Shown here: positions 1 to 14,607 of the stretch, in pieces
Layout of the letters: the number at the start of each line of letters is the position of its first letter
Position numbering within the stretch: the stretch's first letter is position 1
NCBI RefSeq assembly: GCF_009914755.1
Contig: NC_060926.1
Reading direction: 5' to 3' (one strand)
Origin: the human T2T-CHM13v2.0 reference genome, Homo sapiens
Length of the DNA: 64,000 nt
Position numbers and translations under genes: made by a program
Notes under the pieces: generated by a model
The model's input: only the letters and a program-made list of their open reading frames with translations
Databases searched by the model: none
Told to the model about the DNA's origin: nothing

Positions 1-45
1 GGGCAACAGAGTGAGACACTGTCTCAACAACCCAAAACACAAAAA
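1..45 (+). mobile_element. Alu 3' end (cut by window edge)
   Basis: gggcaacagagtgagacactgtctc plus A-rich tail. Confidence 0.85.
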
Positions 46-83
46 CTTTATATAGATAGCCTTGCTTAAGAATTTCTAATTTT

Positions 84-386
84 GGCCAGGCTCCGTGGCT
101 CACGCCTGTAATCCCAGCACTTTGAGAGGCTAAGGGTGGCCGGATCACCTGAGGTCAGGAGTTTGAGACCAGCCTGGCCAACATAGTGAAACCCTGTCGC
201 TACTAAAAATACAAAAATTAGCTGGGTGTGGTAGTGGGCACCTGTAATCCCAGCTACTCTGGAGGCTGAGGTAGGAGAATTGCTTGAACCTGGGAGCGGA
301 GGTTGCAGTGAGCTGAGATCGTGCCACTGCATTCCAGCCTGGGTGGCAAAGCGAGACTCTGTCTCAAAAAAAAAAAAAAAAAAAAA
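84..386 (+). mobile_element. Alu (AluS-like), full length
   Basis: Consensus body, poly(A), TSD-like gaatttc(t/c)aatttt. Confidence 0.95.
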
Positions 387-1923
387 GGAATTTCCAATTT
401 TAATTAAGGAGATACACTGAAGGTTATCAATACGTAATTATGCATAGAAAGTAGACTTTTTATACTTCCCAATTAATTTCCTATGTAGTTTTTATATCAC
501 TTTATATAAAAAAACTGAAAATTACTCTGTTAGTAACTAATTTGTTTTATGAATGATACATAATTTGAAGCATAATTGTAATTTAAATGTTTATTTGAAA
601 CATTAGCTTACTAATAAAAAAAATTGAGACATATTTAAAAACACCCAATTTAGTTGGGTTAATCCACTGTAACTGTTTGATTGCAGATGTTTTCCCACAC
701 TGATGGGCAGCTAACTGAGGTAGTGCTATCCAGTACAGTCAACTTTCAATTATCTGTGGTAATGGGAAATGACAATGCATGGATAATCCTAAAACAAAAT
801 ATTTTATACAGTACCTTCCTGTCATCTGCTGTGGCCTGAGCATGTGCTTGGGTTCATGAGGGAGATGTGGGAGTGGGGCTCAGGCTTGCAAAGGAGCTGG
901 GAGTCAGTATGATTATCTCAAGGCCATAAGAGGTATCCTTAAGGAACCTGGGTTTGGCACTGTGTGGCTGAAGTGTCATGGGGAAAGCCTGCAGCATGCA
1001 AGATCAGCTTGGCAATATCAGTGAGAAGGATGGGGAAGCTAATTAATAAGGAACTGTGGGAGAATAGTTGTTTATTAAGTCCTATACAATTGCAGTGATA
1101 TATCTTGGTGTGTTTTTTGGTTAATGGGATCTGTAGCAAACAATAATTATATTAATTGTGTATTTGAATTAGTTTTGGTCATCTTTGATTGCTAGCAGAA
1201 CACATTTTTTACTTGCCACAGGTGAGTGCTGTTATTGAGGTCTCTTCTAAATAAGTAGGTTTATTGTCATATAACTAGTAACTTAAAAAACCCAGAATAA
1301 ATTTGAAATACTTTTCTTACTTTTAAAATTCATCCTAAATATCAGTGTTGAACTTGTACTTCCAAAATTTAACTTAATGAAATTTAACATTGTAATGTCA
1401 AAGAATATCATGAGGGCAAATGCCATAATTACTGATACTGTGAATTTGATGTAGGAAAAATATAGTAGCCATATTTTATTTAAGAATATGTTACAGGAGC
1501 TTTCCTAAATTTCTTTTACAACTGACAATTGTCTACGAATTTATGAATGTTAAAGCTGCATGATAGATGTGAGGAGGGAGTGTTTATTATTCTATCTAAT
1601 TTGAATATGCTTATTTTCTACAAGTGAAAGCTATAAAAAAATTGAAGCAGATGATTGCTGAAAACCTTAGAATCTTCTGGACCAACCTGAGAATCTTCTG
1701 CTTGTTTATGAAATAGATTTAGTGCTCTCTGTCAAATTATTCAAACTCCAAATAGAACCGTAGCCATTTTCTAAAGGCATGTTTTCTTCTGCCCACAGGC
1801 AATACTGCAGTTCAACCCCGTGTGGTAGTATGATGGCAAGAATGCAAATTATACCGTTGTTAGATTACCTTTATTATTATAGATGTTTTTTAAAAGTTAT
1901 TTACTTAAAATATCTATACTTAG

Positions 1924-1999
1924 GCAAATTAGAGGCGTTGATCTTGAGTCGACTTTTGTGACCAAATTTGGAAACAATTGCAGTTTGAGATTGAATGAG
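1924..1999 (+). CDS. ABI2: ABI2 alternative 76-nt exon (frame-shifting; QIRGVDLESTFVTKFGNNCSLRLNE in the alternative frame, GCA AAT TAG stop in the canonical frame)
   Basis: acttag| acceptor and strong GAG|gtaagg donor; peptide is in phase 0 with the next exon (NE|TVD); matches my recollection of an N-terminally variant Abi-2 isoform. Confidence 0.75.
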
Positions 2000-2036
2000 G
2001 TAAGGGACCAGCTAATTAGTCCTTCCTCTATAGATC

Positions 2037-2251
2037 TTTGGTTCTCAACCAGGGAAGTTTTGCCCCCAAGGGGACATTTGGCAATGTTAGACATTTTTGG
2101 TTGTCACATCTCATGGTGGGGGAGTGCTACAGTTATCTACCTGGATGCTTTTCTATATTCTGCAATCCTCAAGACAGCAGCCTTCACCCCTGCCCACAAC
2201 AAAGAATTATCAAGCCCAAAATGTCAATAGTGCCACTGTTGAGTTACCCTG
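2037..2251. mobile_element. MER20-like hAT DNA transposon
   Basis: ggttctcaacc...ggggacatttggcaatg...cacaacaaagaattat...cccaaaatgtcaatagtgcc resembles the MER20 consensus. Confidence 0.8.
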
Positions 2252-2905
2252 CCCCTAGTGTTTCTAAGATGTAGGCATTCTTTGAAGTAGACAATTAAAA
2301 ACATCATATAGCCAAACTAAATTATTTTGACTTTCTGTATACTTATGCTGTTTAAAAAACATGCCTTCAGTTTTTACTGAGATTTGATATAAAAAGCAAC
2401 AACAAATATATTTTTAAAGAATTTAATCCTGGGAAACATTTCACTTTCCTGATGAATTGATATATTTCCTCGTAACTCATTATGTTTCTATTTTGCCTTC
2501 TCTCCCTGGAGGCTTAGTGCCAATTTTTTTGCTCTATTATAACAATGACCCTTTATTTTAGGCTTATTGTTATCTTTCTATTTACTGTATTGGTCTTCCC
2601 TTTTTTTTTTTTTTTTTTTTTACTGTTATGGTCTATGGGTTTGGGCTAAGTGTGTGTTTGTGTGTATATGAAGAGAACATGTGGGTAATATGTAAATGTC
2701 CCCAATCCCTAGACCAAGTCACATCTCTATAAGATCAAATGAACAGATTTCTAATTTATATTTTAATGCTTTTTTAAAGTCTCAGTTTTTCAAACAAGAA
2801 ATATGTGCTTGTTATAAAATATTACTGTGTGTTAGTGTAAATAATAAGTGGAAGATTACTTCTCCCTGTTCATTCTCTGGAGATTTATTAATATTTCTAG
2901 TATGT

Positions 2906-3189
2906 GCCAGGCATAGTGGCTCATGCCTATAATCCCAGCACTTTGGGAGACTGAGGCAGGAGCATTGTTTGAGGTCAGGAGTTCAAGACCATCCTGGGCA
3001 ACACAGTGACATCCCATCTCTACAAAAAATAAAATTAGCTGGGCATGGTGGTGCATGCCTGTAGTCCTAGCTACTCAGGAGGCTGAGGTAAGAGGATGCT
3101 TGAGCCTAGGAGTTCAAGACTACAGTATGCTATGATTGTCCCATTGCACTCCAGCCTCTGTGACAGAGTGAGAACCTGTTGCAAAAAAA
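2906..3189 (+). mobile_element. Alu (AluJ-like)
   Basis: Diverged Alu consensus. Confidence 0.92.
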
Positions 3190-3488
3190 TGTATATTTAT
3201 AGTATGCAGATGTGAAATAGAAGCTATAAGCTTGTAATTCTGTTATGGCTGCTCAGGTTTACACTCTTATAGTTTCATTTCTGAATAAGTTAAGTACATT
3301 TCTAAAAACTGAGGAGAATAAAAACAATGTCTTGAGGATTGTGTTATCTGATGAACCTTTTATTGATCTGACGAAGACCCATTTTATAAAAAAAGTGTCA
3401 TATTTTATTTTTTGAAGCATACTTGATGGTATGAAATGGTATTTCTAGCCCATACTTTTAATGATTTAGAATGACTCACTAAACTTTA

Positions 3489-3786
<298 letters not shown>

Positions 3787-3870
3787 TTTAATCCAAATGT
3801 GATTAATTTCCATTTCTCTAAAGTTAAAAATTAAGTGAATTCCAATATCATCACTAATATGCAAGCTTAA

Positions 3871-4278
<408 letters not shown>

Positions 4279-4682
4279 TGAGATTGTTTTTTTCTTGAAT
4301 ACTTAAAATTGTAAGATTACTACCATGGTTAGTTTTTTATTTGATGTTCCATTTATACATTCGTTAGCTCTGGAACATATAGATCCTGTTGTTTTTAAGG
4401 TCTCTTGGTTGTAGAGAAATAAGAGGCTTTGAATTTGTTTCAGGCTTACCTCATACTTGAGGCAGTTTAGAAGGATAAATGATCAGTGTTCAGATTTCTT
4501 AAAGCAGTATTTTATAATGTCATGATGATTATCTTTTCACTGTTACTACCAGGTTCTTTTAGAAAGGGGAAATTGAAGTAGGACATTGAAGTGGGACTGG
4601 GGAGGAGTTAGCAAAAAATGTGTCTGTTGATTGCTGCTTGAGCCAGGAATTGGTGGTAAGAGATGTGAACCATTTTAGTGAA

Positions 4683-4910
4683 GTGATTTTTCAAACTCTT
4701 TTGACTGCGACACACAGGAAAAAATTTTTTTTACGTTGTATTCAGCACATAATTCATGTATATATTTATATATATAATAAACAGACTTTTCAAGAAACAG
4801 TATTTTACCTTACTATGTGTACATGCAGTCTGATGTTTCTGTTCTATTTGATTTGAAATAATTGCTGCTTACATACCACTAAATTGCAGCTTGCAGTTTA
4901 AAAAATTTTG
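4683..4910. mobile_element. Possible ancient hAT-Charlie-type MITE
   Basis: tttcaaactcttttgactgcgacacacag start and gtttaaaaaa end resemble hAT termini. Confidence 0.4.
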
Positions 4911-5120
4911 CTTTAGTGTACTAATTACCTGTGTATGTGGAGAAATTCACCCTCTGTTAGCAAATAGAAGATTGTAATTACAATACATTCTTACTCGTAT
5001 GTCTTATGTGAGCATTTAATAAATATAAATAAATTAATGAAATATTTTACAGGCATTTTGTCATGATAAAATATAAGCAGCTTTGCCCAAGCAACTTGGT
5101 CTTTTGGGGTCAAAAAATGG

Positions 5121-5407
5121 CTTTTTTGTTTTTTGACACAGGGTCTTGCTCTGTCACCCAGGCTAGAGTGCAGTGGTGCATTCATGGCTCACTGCAGCTT
5201 TGACCTCCTGGACTCAAGCAGTTCTCTTATTTCAGCCTCTCAGTTAGCTGGGATTACAGGCATGTGCTGTCATACCCAGCTACTTTTTGTAGAGACGGGG
5301 TTTCGCCATGTTGCCCAGGCTGGTCATGAACTCCTGGGATCAAGCAATCTGCCCACCTTGGCCTCCCAAAGTGCTTGGATTACGGGCCTGAGCCACTGTG
5401 CCTGGCT
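5121..5407 (-). mobile_element. Alu (AluJ-like)
   Basis: Reverse Alu consensus. Confidence 0.92.
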
Positions 5408-5584
5408 TTATTTTTAACATTATATTTCAGCCCTCTTTCTTTTTAAATAAAAAGATGTTTAAACATGAATAGAAATTATACTAATAGGTCATTAGAAATG
5501 TAACTAGATTAATTTCGGGGGCTTTCTTAATCACTATATTAGTCTAAATCTTAATGGAGAGGGAAAAATTAGCAAGCTTTAACC

Positions 5585-5910
5585 CAGGGGTTGGCAAACC
5601 TTTTCTGTAAAGGAGCCAGCTAATATATACTTCAGTTTTTGTGGGCCATACCATCTCTGTTGTGGCTCATCTCTGCCATTACAGTGTAAAGCCTAGACAG
5701 ATAAGCAAGTGAGCGGCATGGCTGTATTCCAATAAAACTTTACTTATGGAAAAGCAAATTTGAATTTTATATAATTTTCACGTGAAGGTTTTTTTTGGTT
5801 GTTCTTTTCTCCAAACATTAAAAAATGTAAACACCACTCTTAGCTTGTGGGCTGTAAAAATCAGATGATGGGCCAGATTTGGCCTGTGGGCCATGGTTTA
5901 CCAGCCCTTG
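5585..5910. mobile_element. MER58B-like hAT DNA transposon with intact 8-bp TSD
   Basis: TIR caggggttggcaaac...gtttaccagcccttg; TSD ctttaacc at 5577-5584 and 5911-5918. Confidence 0.88.
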
Positions 5911-6034
5911 CTTTAACCTAAAAATGGAGAAAATCAGTAGTCCAGAAGAATAAAAATTTAGCAAGCATAGTTTAGAATATGAGTAGCAATATTAAATCTC
6001 TAGGCATATATATTTTGATTTTTGTGGATATTAG

Positions 6035-6310
<276 letters not shown>

Positions 6311-7157
6311 TGAGAAAATTAAGCTTTTTATCTGTCTTTCTTTCCTAGAGGACAAAGTCTTGGCCCAGTTGTGGTTGTGAAGATTCCTTGCTACTATAAC
6401 TGTTTTACCCTTTTTGCTTTTTCTTAGTGATGTATTCTCAAGTTTTAAACAGTCATCTTTGAATGAATTATATTTGCTTGGTTATGATAATACCTCCTAT
6501 GGTTTGAGTAAATAAGTGTCGTGTAATCTTTCCAATTTTAATTTAATATGACTGATTAAAAAATCATTCATCATGTTATTATGAAAGTGTTTACCTTATC
6601 TCAAGTATTTATCAGCAGACTTTTGGCATTAGTTTTCAAAAACAACATATATTAATAGACATGTACTTTGAATTTTTCTAAAATAATTTTATCCCAACAT
6701 TTTGGGCAAGAATAGTGTTAGGTAAAAGTGATAGGTGAATTAATATTGCCACTGCTTTTGAGTGTGTAGCTATTACATATTTTGGCTGTCTTTTAAGATG
6801 TATTTGGGTGCCTAGAACATGCAAATTTCATTTAAATTGGTGTTTGAACTTAATGATTCAGAGCTTTAGCTGAGTATTAATTTATGTCTGATCAGTAGTT
6901 TGAAAGACAGTGACTTATCAGATGTGACTAAATAAATATACATGCTTATAATGATACTGTACAGTTCATGTAGTTGATTTTTTTTCTAATATAAACATAC
7001 TTAAAAAACACTGTTATGGATGGAAATCAGTTAAATCTAAATTTAATGGAGATCTAGGTAAAAAGAAAATATACACTGTAAATTTATTTTTAAAATCTCT
7101 TTGTCTTCAGGGTTTTGATGCAAGCACTATTATCTGGAATATGATATTTAATTTAAC

Positions 7158-7435
7158 TTTTTTGAGACAGGGTCTCACTCTGTCACCTAGGCTGGAGTGC
7201 AGTGGCACAATCATAGCTCGCTCCAACCTTGTACTCCTGGGCTCAGGTGATCTTCCCTTGTCAGCTTCCCTGGGACTACAGGCACGTGCCACCATGCTGA
7301 GCTAAATTTTTTGTTTGTAGTGACAGGGCCTGTCTGTGTTGCCCAGGGTGGTCATGAACTCCTGTACTTAAGTGATCTTCCCACCTTGGTCTCCCAAAAT
7401 ATTGGGATTACAGGTGTAAGCCATCGTGCCTGCCC
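7158..7435 (-). mobile_element. Alu (AluJ-like)
   Basis: Reverse Alu consensus. Confidence 0.9.
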
Positions 7436-8057
7436 AATATTTAATTTTATAGCCAATACCTACATGCATTTAGATTACTAATAAGAGCATGTTAAAATAA
7501 GATGTGTAATTGGATGGTTAGTTAATAACTGAAATTTCTTCTAACTTGGGAAAATTTATTCAAGGCTAACAACTGCTAATGGAATATTTTAGAATACCTC
7601 TAGAATCTAATGCCAAAAAGACACTTAGAATATAAAAGATGACATTTGTGTTTGCCCAATTACATAAGAAAAAAGTAATCCCATTTTTTTAAAATATATA
7701 ATTCATAGGTTTACATCCCCCATTCTTATAATCCTCAAAGTAAAATGTTTTTCTTTCAGGATTCTAGCCCCTTCATTTTTTGACTTTCAGTGTTTAAGGG
7801 TCATTAATTTGAAGAAATCTTTAATACAGTTAAATTGTGGAATAAAACAGTATCTTAAATTCATCAGAGAAACTTCTGTTCATGACACATTCTGCTTTAA
7901 CCACTCTTTCTATGATCTACTGAAACATTATTTTGTTAATGCTGAATGCTTAACTTGTTTTTTCTTTTTTTCCTTTCTCTTCACATCCTGAAGTTTCAAC
8001 TAACCTTTCAATGCTTTTTTTCCTTACCTCTTTTATTTGCTCCATTTATGCATTAAG

Positions 8058-8075
8058 TGGTTGCTTAGATTTAAG
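8058..8075 (+). CDS. ABI2: ABI2 18-nt microexon (WLLRFK)
   Basis: Long polypyrimidine tract, cattaag|TGG TTG CTT AGA TTT AAG|gtaaga; frame-preserving; peptide recognised in ABI2. Confidence 0.9.
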
Positions 8076-8232
8076 GTAAGAGATTCCAGGGCTGGATTTC
8101 CATTCTTTGTTCTTATGTAGAATATTACATATGGGGAGTTAAAGAGATTGTTAACTCTTGGCCTTTTAAAACCCAATAAATAATTCCTCCTTTTTGTTTT
8201 ATTTTTTGTCATGCAACTTTGTGGTGTGTCTT

Positions 8233-8344
8233 CATGTTCCTTGAGGGCAGATATTTTTGTCTGTTTTGTTCACTGCTCTATCCTTGTGCCTAGAACAGTA
8301 CCTGACACACATTAGGTGCTTAGTAAATATTTGTTGAATGAATG
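8233..8344 (+). mobile_element. L2 3' end fragment
   Basis: ccttgagggcag...tgcctagaacagtacctgacac...aaatatttgttgaatgaatg. Confidence 0.8.
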
Positions 8345-10144
8345 GTTATTTTGTAATGTTAATATATTTTGTGAAACTGAAATGTAAGCTACCCTATCAT
8401 AAAAATGTTATGAAATATAATTAGCTGGATTTTTATAAATATAGAGACTTTGTTATGAATTGGAGGGCCAATTAATGTACTTTATTTAACCCTCCCCCTG
8501 TGTAATAGCCTTTTTATTCTATAAATGGTATGCTTTCTGATATACCTTATGGACAATATGTCATTATCTTTTAATCAGTATAAAGAAATTGAGAAGCAGA
8601 AAATATTCAGTGACACGGGTTTTTTTTTTAAGTTGCAGTATCATATTTTGTAGAAAAATTATTCTTTTTTCCAAATAGCTGTATAAAGAATATATTTCAA
8701 TATAAACTGTAAGAGCTTTTAAAGGTGAATATAATTATATGCAAAACATCAAAAGCTCATGATAATGTTTAACAGAATATCAGTTAAGAATTAGAGATAT
8801 TTCCTGTTAGAATTCGTTTCAATAATGTTTTGGTATCGTGGAGGATTCGTGATAAAAGAAATTCAACTATATTCAAGAAGCCTGCCTAAAATACAAGGTT
8901 ACTACAATTATATACAAAACTTAGCATGCATTTCTTCTTTGATTTTTTTTTGTAGGTGAGTTTTATAGTTTATTTTCAAATATATATTCCTCCCATCTAA
9001 TACCCATTATTTGCCATATCTTTAGTGTAGAAAGTGATGACAAGATGACTGAGCTCTGAATCATTAACTAGTACTAACTAAGGCCACACAACTTTCCCCT
9101 GCCCGTGGTAGGTAGATTTGATTGGAAGAGCCCAGGCATATGGACACCTGTATTATTGATTGGATTGTTGGTTCCAAATCCTCAGTCATGGTGAGTAAGA
9201 TGTGGAATTGTGAAGAAATCCTTTTGCTTGAAATAGGTGGGTTGCAGTGAACTAGACCAAAAGCAGACTGTGGCTGCTTTGGCCCTTTTACCCTAAAGTC
9301 TGTATTCAAATTTTGACCATTGATGTGTTAACCTCCAAAGTGATAGAAATACACGGAAAGTTTAATTGAAGAAAAAATACAGAAACACACAGATTCTTTA
9401 CCCTTAAAGTTTAGACTAGCTTGCCCAAGCTACTATCTCATGCTTGTTTTCTCTAAGCCCCAGTATGATTCCTTCTTGATGTTCCTGCGTCAGGATCTGT
9501 TTCCATTGTGAGAGACAGGCCAAACAGAGTCTCCTAGAAAGATCTAATGAAGAATCACACTTAGATAAGATCCCTGAGCTTTTTGGAGACCTGTGGATTC
9601 TAGCAAGTGTCTTAGAAGTCTCCTGATGAGCAATAGCATTATGGATTCCTTATCCTCATTTTAATCAGGGTAGCTGATTAAATGTTCAAAATTTAAAACC
9701 TATTTAAGACCTAGTCGTTTTTCTTTCTACTTCTCTTTTTCTCTTTCTCAGCACTTTTTGAGCTCTGTCTTTGCTGCTCCCATTGCTGTCATACTTTTTA
9801 TACTTTTCAGACAGTCTCCAGAGAAAGTCATCATACTTTAGGACCAGACATGTGGGATTTGACTCAGAAGAGACCTCCTTGTTTAAAAGTTTAACTTTTA
9901 CTATTTTATACAGCATGTTTGATGCTTAATTGTTCTTGACATCTGAAATTTGGATTAACTGTTTTTCTTCAGTCAAGTTACAAATTTAAGAGTTCATAAG
10001 ATTTTTAAAAACACTATGGTAATAGTTTTATAGCAAAGGACGTACAAGGTCAGTGGATAGAATGCCATATTGGAGGTGTTTTCATATATACCTAAGGCCA
10101 TATAAAAGTGGAATGTACCTTGAACTGGTTCCTGTTCCATACTC

Positions 10145-10473
10145 TTGTTTTTGTTTTTTTTTTTGTTTTTTTTTTTGTTTGTTTTTTTGAGACAGGGTCT
10201 CACTCTGTCACCCAGGCTGGAGTGCACTGGTGTGATCATGACTCACTGCAGCTTTGACTGCCCTGACTCAAGTGGTTCTCCTGCCTCAGCTTCCTGAGTA
10301 GTTGGTACTACATGTGTGCACCACCATGCCTGGCTATTTTTTAACAAATTTTTTGTAGAGATGGGGTCTCACTGTGTTGGCCTGGCTGGTCTCGAACTCC
10401 TGTGCTCAAGCCATCCTCTCACCTCGGCCTCCCAAAATGTTGGGATTACAGTTGTGAGCCACCGTGCCTGGCC
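10145..10473 (-). mobile_element. Alu (AluJ-like)
   Basis: Reverse Alu consensus. Confidence 0.92.
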
Positions 10474-10651
10474 AGTACTCTTTTAGTAGTAAAAAGAATT
10501 TTAAGACCCTGTTACTGAGGTCAGTATGATGTGTTTGTAGTGAATTTTTCTGTTGAATGCATTAAAATTGTCACTAATGAAGCTAAACTTAAGTATTTTT
10601 AAAATAAGCATATTAGTTTAATCAAAAGTAATAAAAACTTCTGACTTTTAA

Positions 10652-10996
<345 letters not shown>

Positions 10997-11001
10997 CAGA
11001 T

Positions 11002-11003
<2 letters not shown>

Positions 11004-11039
<36 letters not shown>

Positions 11040-11318
11040 AGACAGAGTCTTGCCGTTGCCCAGGCTGGAGTGCAGTGGTGCCATCTTGGCTCACTGCAGG
11101 CTCCACCTCCCAGGTTTCACGCCATTCTCCTGCCTCAACCTCCTGAGTAGCTGGGACTACAGGCGCCCGCCACCTCGCCCAGCTAATTTTTTGTATTTTT
11201 AGTAGAGACGGGGTTTCACCGTGTTAGCCAGGATGGTCTCGATCTCCTGATCTCGTGATCTGCCCGCCTCGGCCTCCCAAAGTGCTGGGATTACAGGCGT
11301 GAGCCACCGTGCCCGGCC
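11004..11318 (-). mobile_element. Alu (AluY-like) with long pure A tail
   Basis: Reverse consensus; flanked by cagattctt. Confidence 0.95.
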
Positions 11319-12174
11319 AGATTCTTAATAATTAATGAGCAGGGCTTAAGAGTTTTACAGCCAGCAAATTAAGAATATAATACTTTTAAAAATTTTGCTT
11401 AAGATCTTGAAGATCCATCATTTAGCCCCATGTTTAAAAAATGGACTGTTTTCACTTGAGTACTATTTTTAGCAAGTATTTGTCATTCCTTACAGAAATA
11501 TGATAAATTCCCCTTATATTTCTAGCTTTCAGGTACAGTTGAAGGTACACTCTTAAAAATTTATCCGACACAGCACCTGGAGGAAAACCTTTGTAGTAAC
11601 ATCAACCTTTGAGAGACCCATCTGTTTTTGCCTATAAGTTCCAACCTTAAGCCATCAATTCTGTTTTGACAAAAGCCAGTTGTTAGAATCTGTTTTCAAA
11701 ATCAAGCAGGAGTTTGTCCATCTTTATTTCTCTTGTTTTCTTCTGCTTTCTTTACCTGTTTCTCTTTCCTCTTACTCCTAATCTTATGTTCCCTTATTCT
11801 CTGTGTTTTATTGTTGGACTCTTGACTCGATAGGCTTTTTTGTCTTTTAACCCTTTTTCTAAAAATCTTAACCTCTGTCCTGAATTTATACTCTAATTCC
11901 TGGTTTCAGCTTTGATTTTCCTCAGAGGATCTTTTGGTCCTTTTCCTGGTGTCCCTTAGGAATTGAAGTAGGAACATACATCCTCTGAAGAGAGGGATAG
12001 AGGTCTCTAGAAAGCCAAATAATTATGTACTAGATGGGACTATAATGGGGAACAAAACTGGACAGAGAATGAAGGCCCAAAGGTGACTGACCTCACTTTT
12101 TTCCCATCCTCACTATTTCACATACAGACACAACCTACACACACTTCCCCTCTTCTATTTGTGTGTTTAAATTC

Positions 12175-12380
12175 TCTTTTCTTTTTTTTAAAGAGATGGG
12201 GTCTTGCTCTGTTGCTCAGGCCAGAGTTCAGTGGCATGATAGCTCACTGTATCTTTGGGCTCAAATGATCCTCCTGCCTCAGCCTCTCAAGTAGCGGGAC
12301 TACAGCCACTCCTGGCTGTTTTTTTTTTTTTTTTTTTTTTTTTTGGAGAGACGTGGTCTTGCTGTGTTGCCCAGTCTGGA
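12175..12380 (-). mobile_element. Partial Alu
   Basis: Right arm plus start of left arm, deleted. Confidence 0.8.
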
Positions 12381-12527
12381 ATCCTGTTCTTTTAAAACTT
12401 AACAAGTTTAAGAAATTATTAGGGAAGTTTCATAGAGAAAAACCAGCTCAGGTTTTTCTCTATGAAACATTCCGTAACCTTCCCACATTGATATTTCTTT
12501 TTTTTTCTATAGAATCTGTAGACATTG

Positions 12528-12827
12528 CTTTTTTTTTTTTTTTTTCCACGTGGAGTCTCACTCTGTCACCCAAGGTGGAGTGCAGTGGCGCTATGGCTCA
12601 CTGCAACCCCCGCCTCCTGGGTTCAAGTGATTCTCCCTTCCTCAGACTTCCAAGCAGCTGGGATTACAGGCATCTGCCACCATGCCCGGCTAATTTTTGT
12701 ATTTTTAGTAGAGACAGGGTTTTGCCATGTTGGCCAGGCTGGTCTCTGAACTCCTGGCCTCAGGCGATCTGCCCACCCTGGCCTCCCAGAGTGCTGGGAT
12801 TACAGGCATGAGCCACCATGCCCAGCC
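12528..12827 (-). mobile_element. Alu (AluS-like)
   Basis: Reverse consensus; TSD agacattgctttt. Confidence 0.94.
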
Positions 12828-14289
12828 AGACATTGCTTTTTATTTTAGGCATGTGAGTCTTATTTATTTCAGAATACCTTTAAAGCAGAGAAATCATTCT
12901 ATAGACCGTTTTGTCTCCTTTTTTTTCCCCGCAGGCTCCCTTCCTTTTTTTTTTTTTTTTTTTTTTCCCACATGCCTTTACTCTTGTACCTAGAGGGTCT
13001 AGTAGGAGATTAATATATAAGGTGTATACCACACATAACATTTTAGGATGTGTCTGCCACTGTTCTGTGGTAGTAGGTCATCTGTTAATGGGAGATTTCA
13101 TAGCAGAGGTGATGTCTTCTATGAATTAGAGATACTTGGCTGTCCAGGCATGATATTTGTAATGAATATTATATCAGTATTCAAGGAAGTATTGAATGTA
13201 CCAAAGAAGGTAGAGCAGGATAGGTAGGAGCATTGTAGAAAAAGTATTAAGTCACAATAATTGGCTTAATGTGTGGTGCCAGTTGTAGTGATCTCCAAAG
13301 CCTGGTCATAAAGGAACTGCTTCTACCTCCGGTGGTATTTGCATTCCTTCATCATAGCCTATTGGGAAAGTGTTTGAGCTGTGGCCATGCATTAACCTTC
13401 ATCACCTAAATGAAATATTTCTTCTGTTTTGGAGGTTTCTGTCTGGTAGGGAAAAAGTGGGGACTTTTCCAACTTTTCTTTCTTGTACCTAATACCTGCT
13501 TCACTTAGCTCTTGAGGTCTTTTCATTTTATGGAATAAAAAAATACATAACAAAATTATGATTGGTATCGGCCACCAGAGTATTGTTCTAATTTCCTAAA
13601 CTGCTGTGTGTGCCTGATGATAGTTCTGCTATGTTTGTAACTTTAAAAAGTATTTCAAGTGAAATTACTATTATGAAGTGGCTGCAGTATTGCTTTGTTT
13701 TCCTTGTCTTGAGTTTATGGTATATGTTCTGTCTCTCTCTCTGTCGCTGTCGTTAAGTTCCTCTCCATCAGCACATAGAGATCTCATGTTTTGCTACTTG
13801 TCAGGAAATGTTTTCTCTCTTAAATACTTCCCTCAAAATAGTTTTTTTAGGATCAATCATGATGGCTGTCTAGTAAATATATTTTTATATTTACCAGATT
13901 ATTTTAGTTCTGAAATATAGTTTAACTTTAATTATAATATAGATTTTACCTATTATAAAAATTGTTTTGTTTGGCATTTATTTCTGTTCTTCCTTTTCTT
14001 CAAATTTGATGGCAGTATTTATATTCTGCATAGCATATTTATTGTTTTACTTAGCGTAGAAACATTTTTCACACGGGAAAAGCTGCCTTGAGGAAATATT
14101 GAAAAACTCTTTTAATAGAAAGGTAATGAAATATTAGGTATAAAATTAGATTGTTTGGACATTCTACAGAGACTCTTGTTTCTTAAGTGACTTATGTTAG
14201 TCATCCAATCCCATTAACCAAACAAATATACAGTCATTTGATGATTCTACAGATCATAAAATGTACCAAGTTATATTCATAGAAATGTT

Positions 14290-14607
<318 letters not shown>

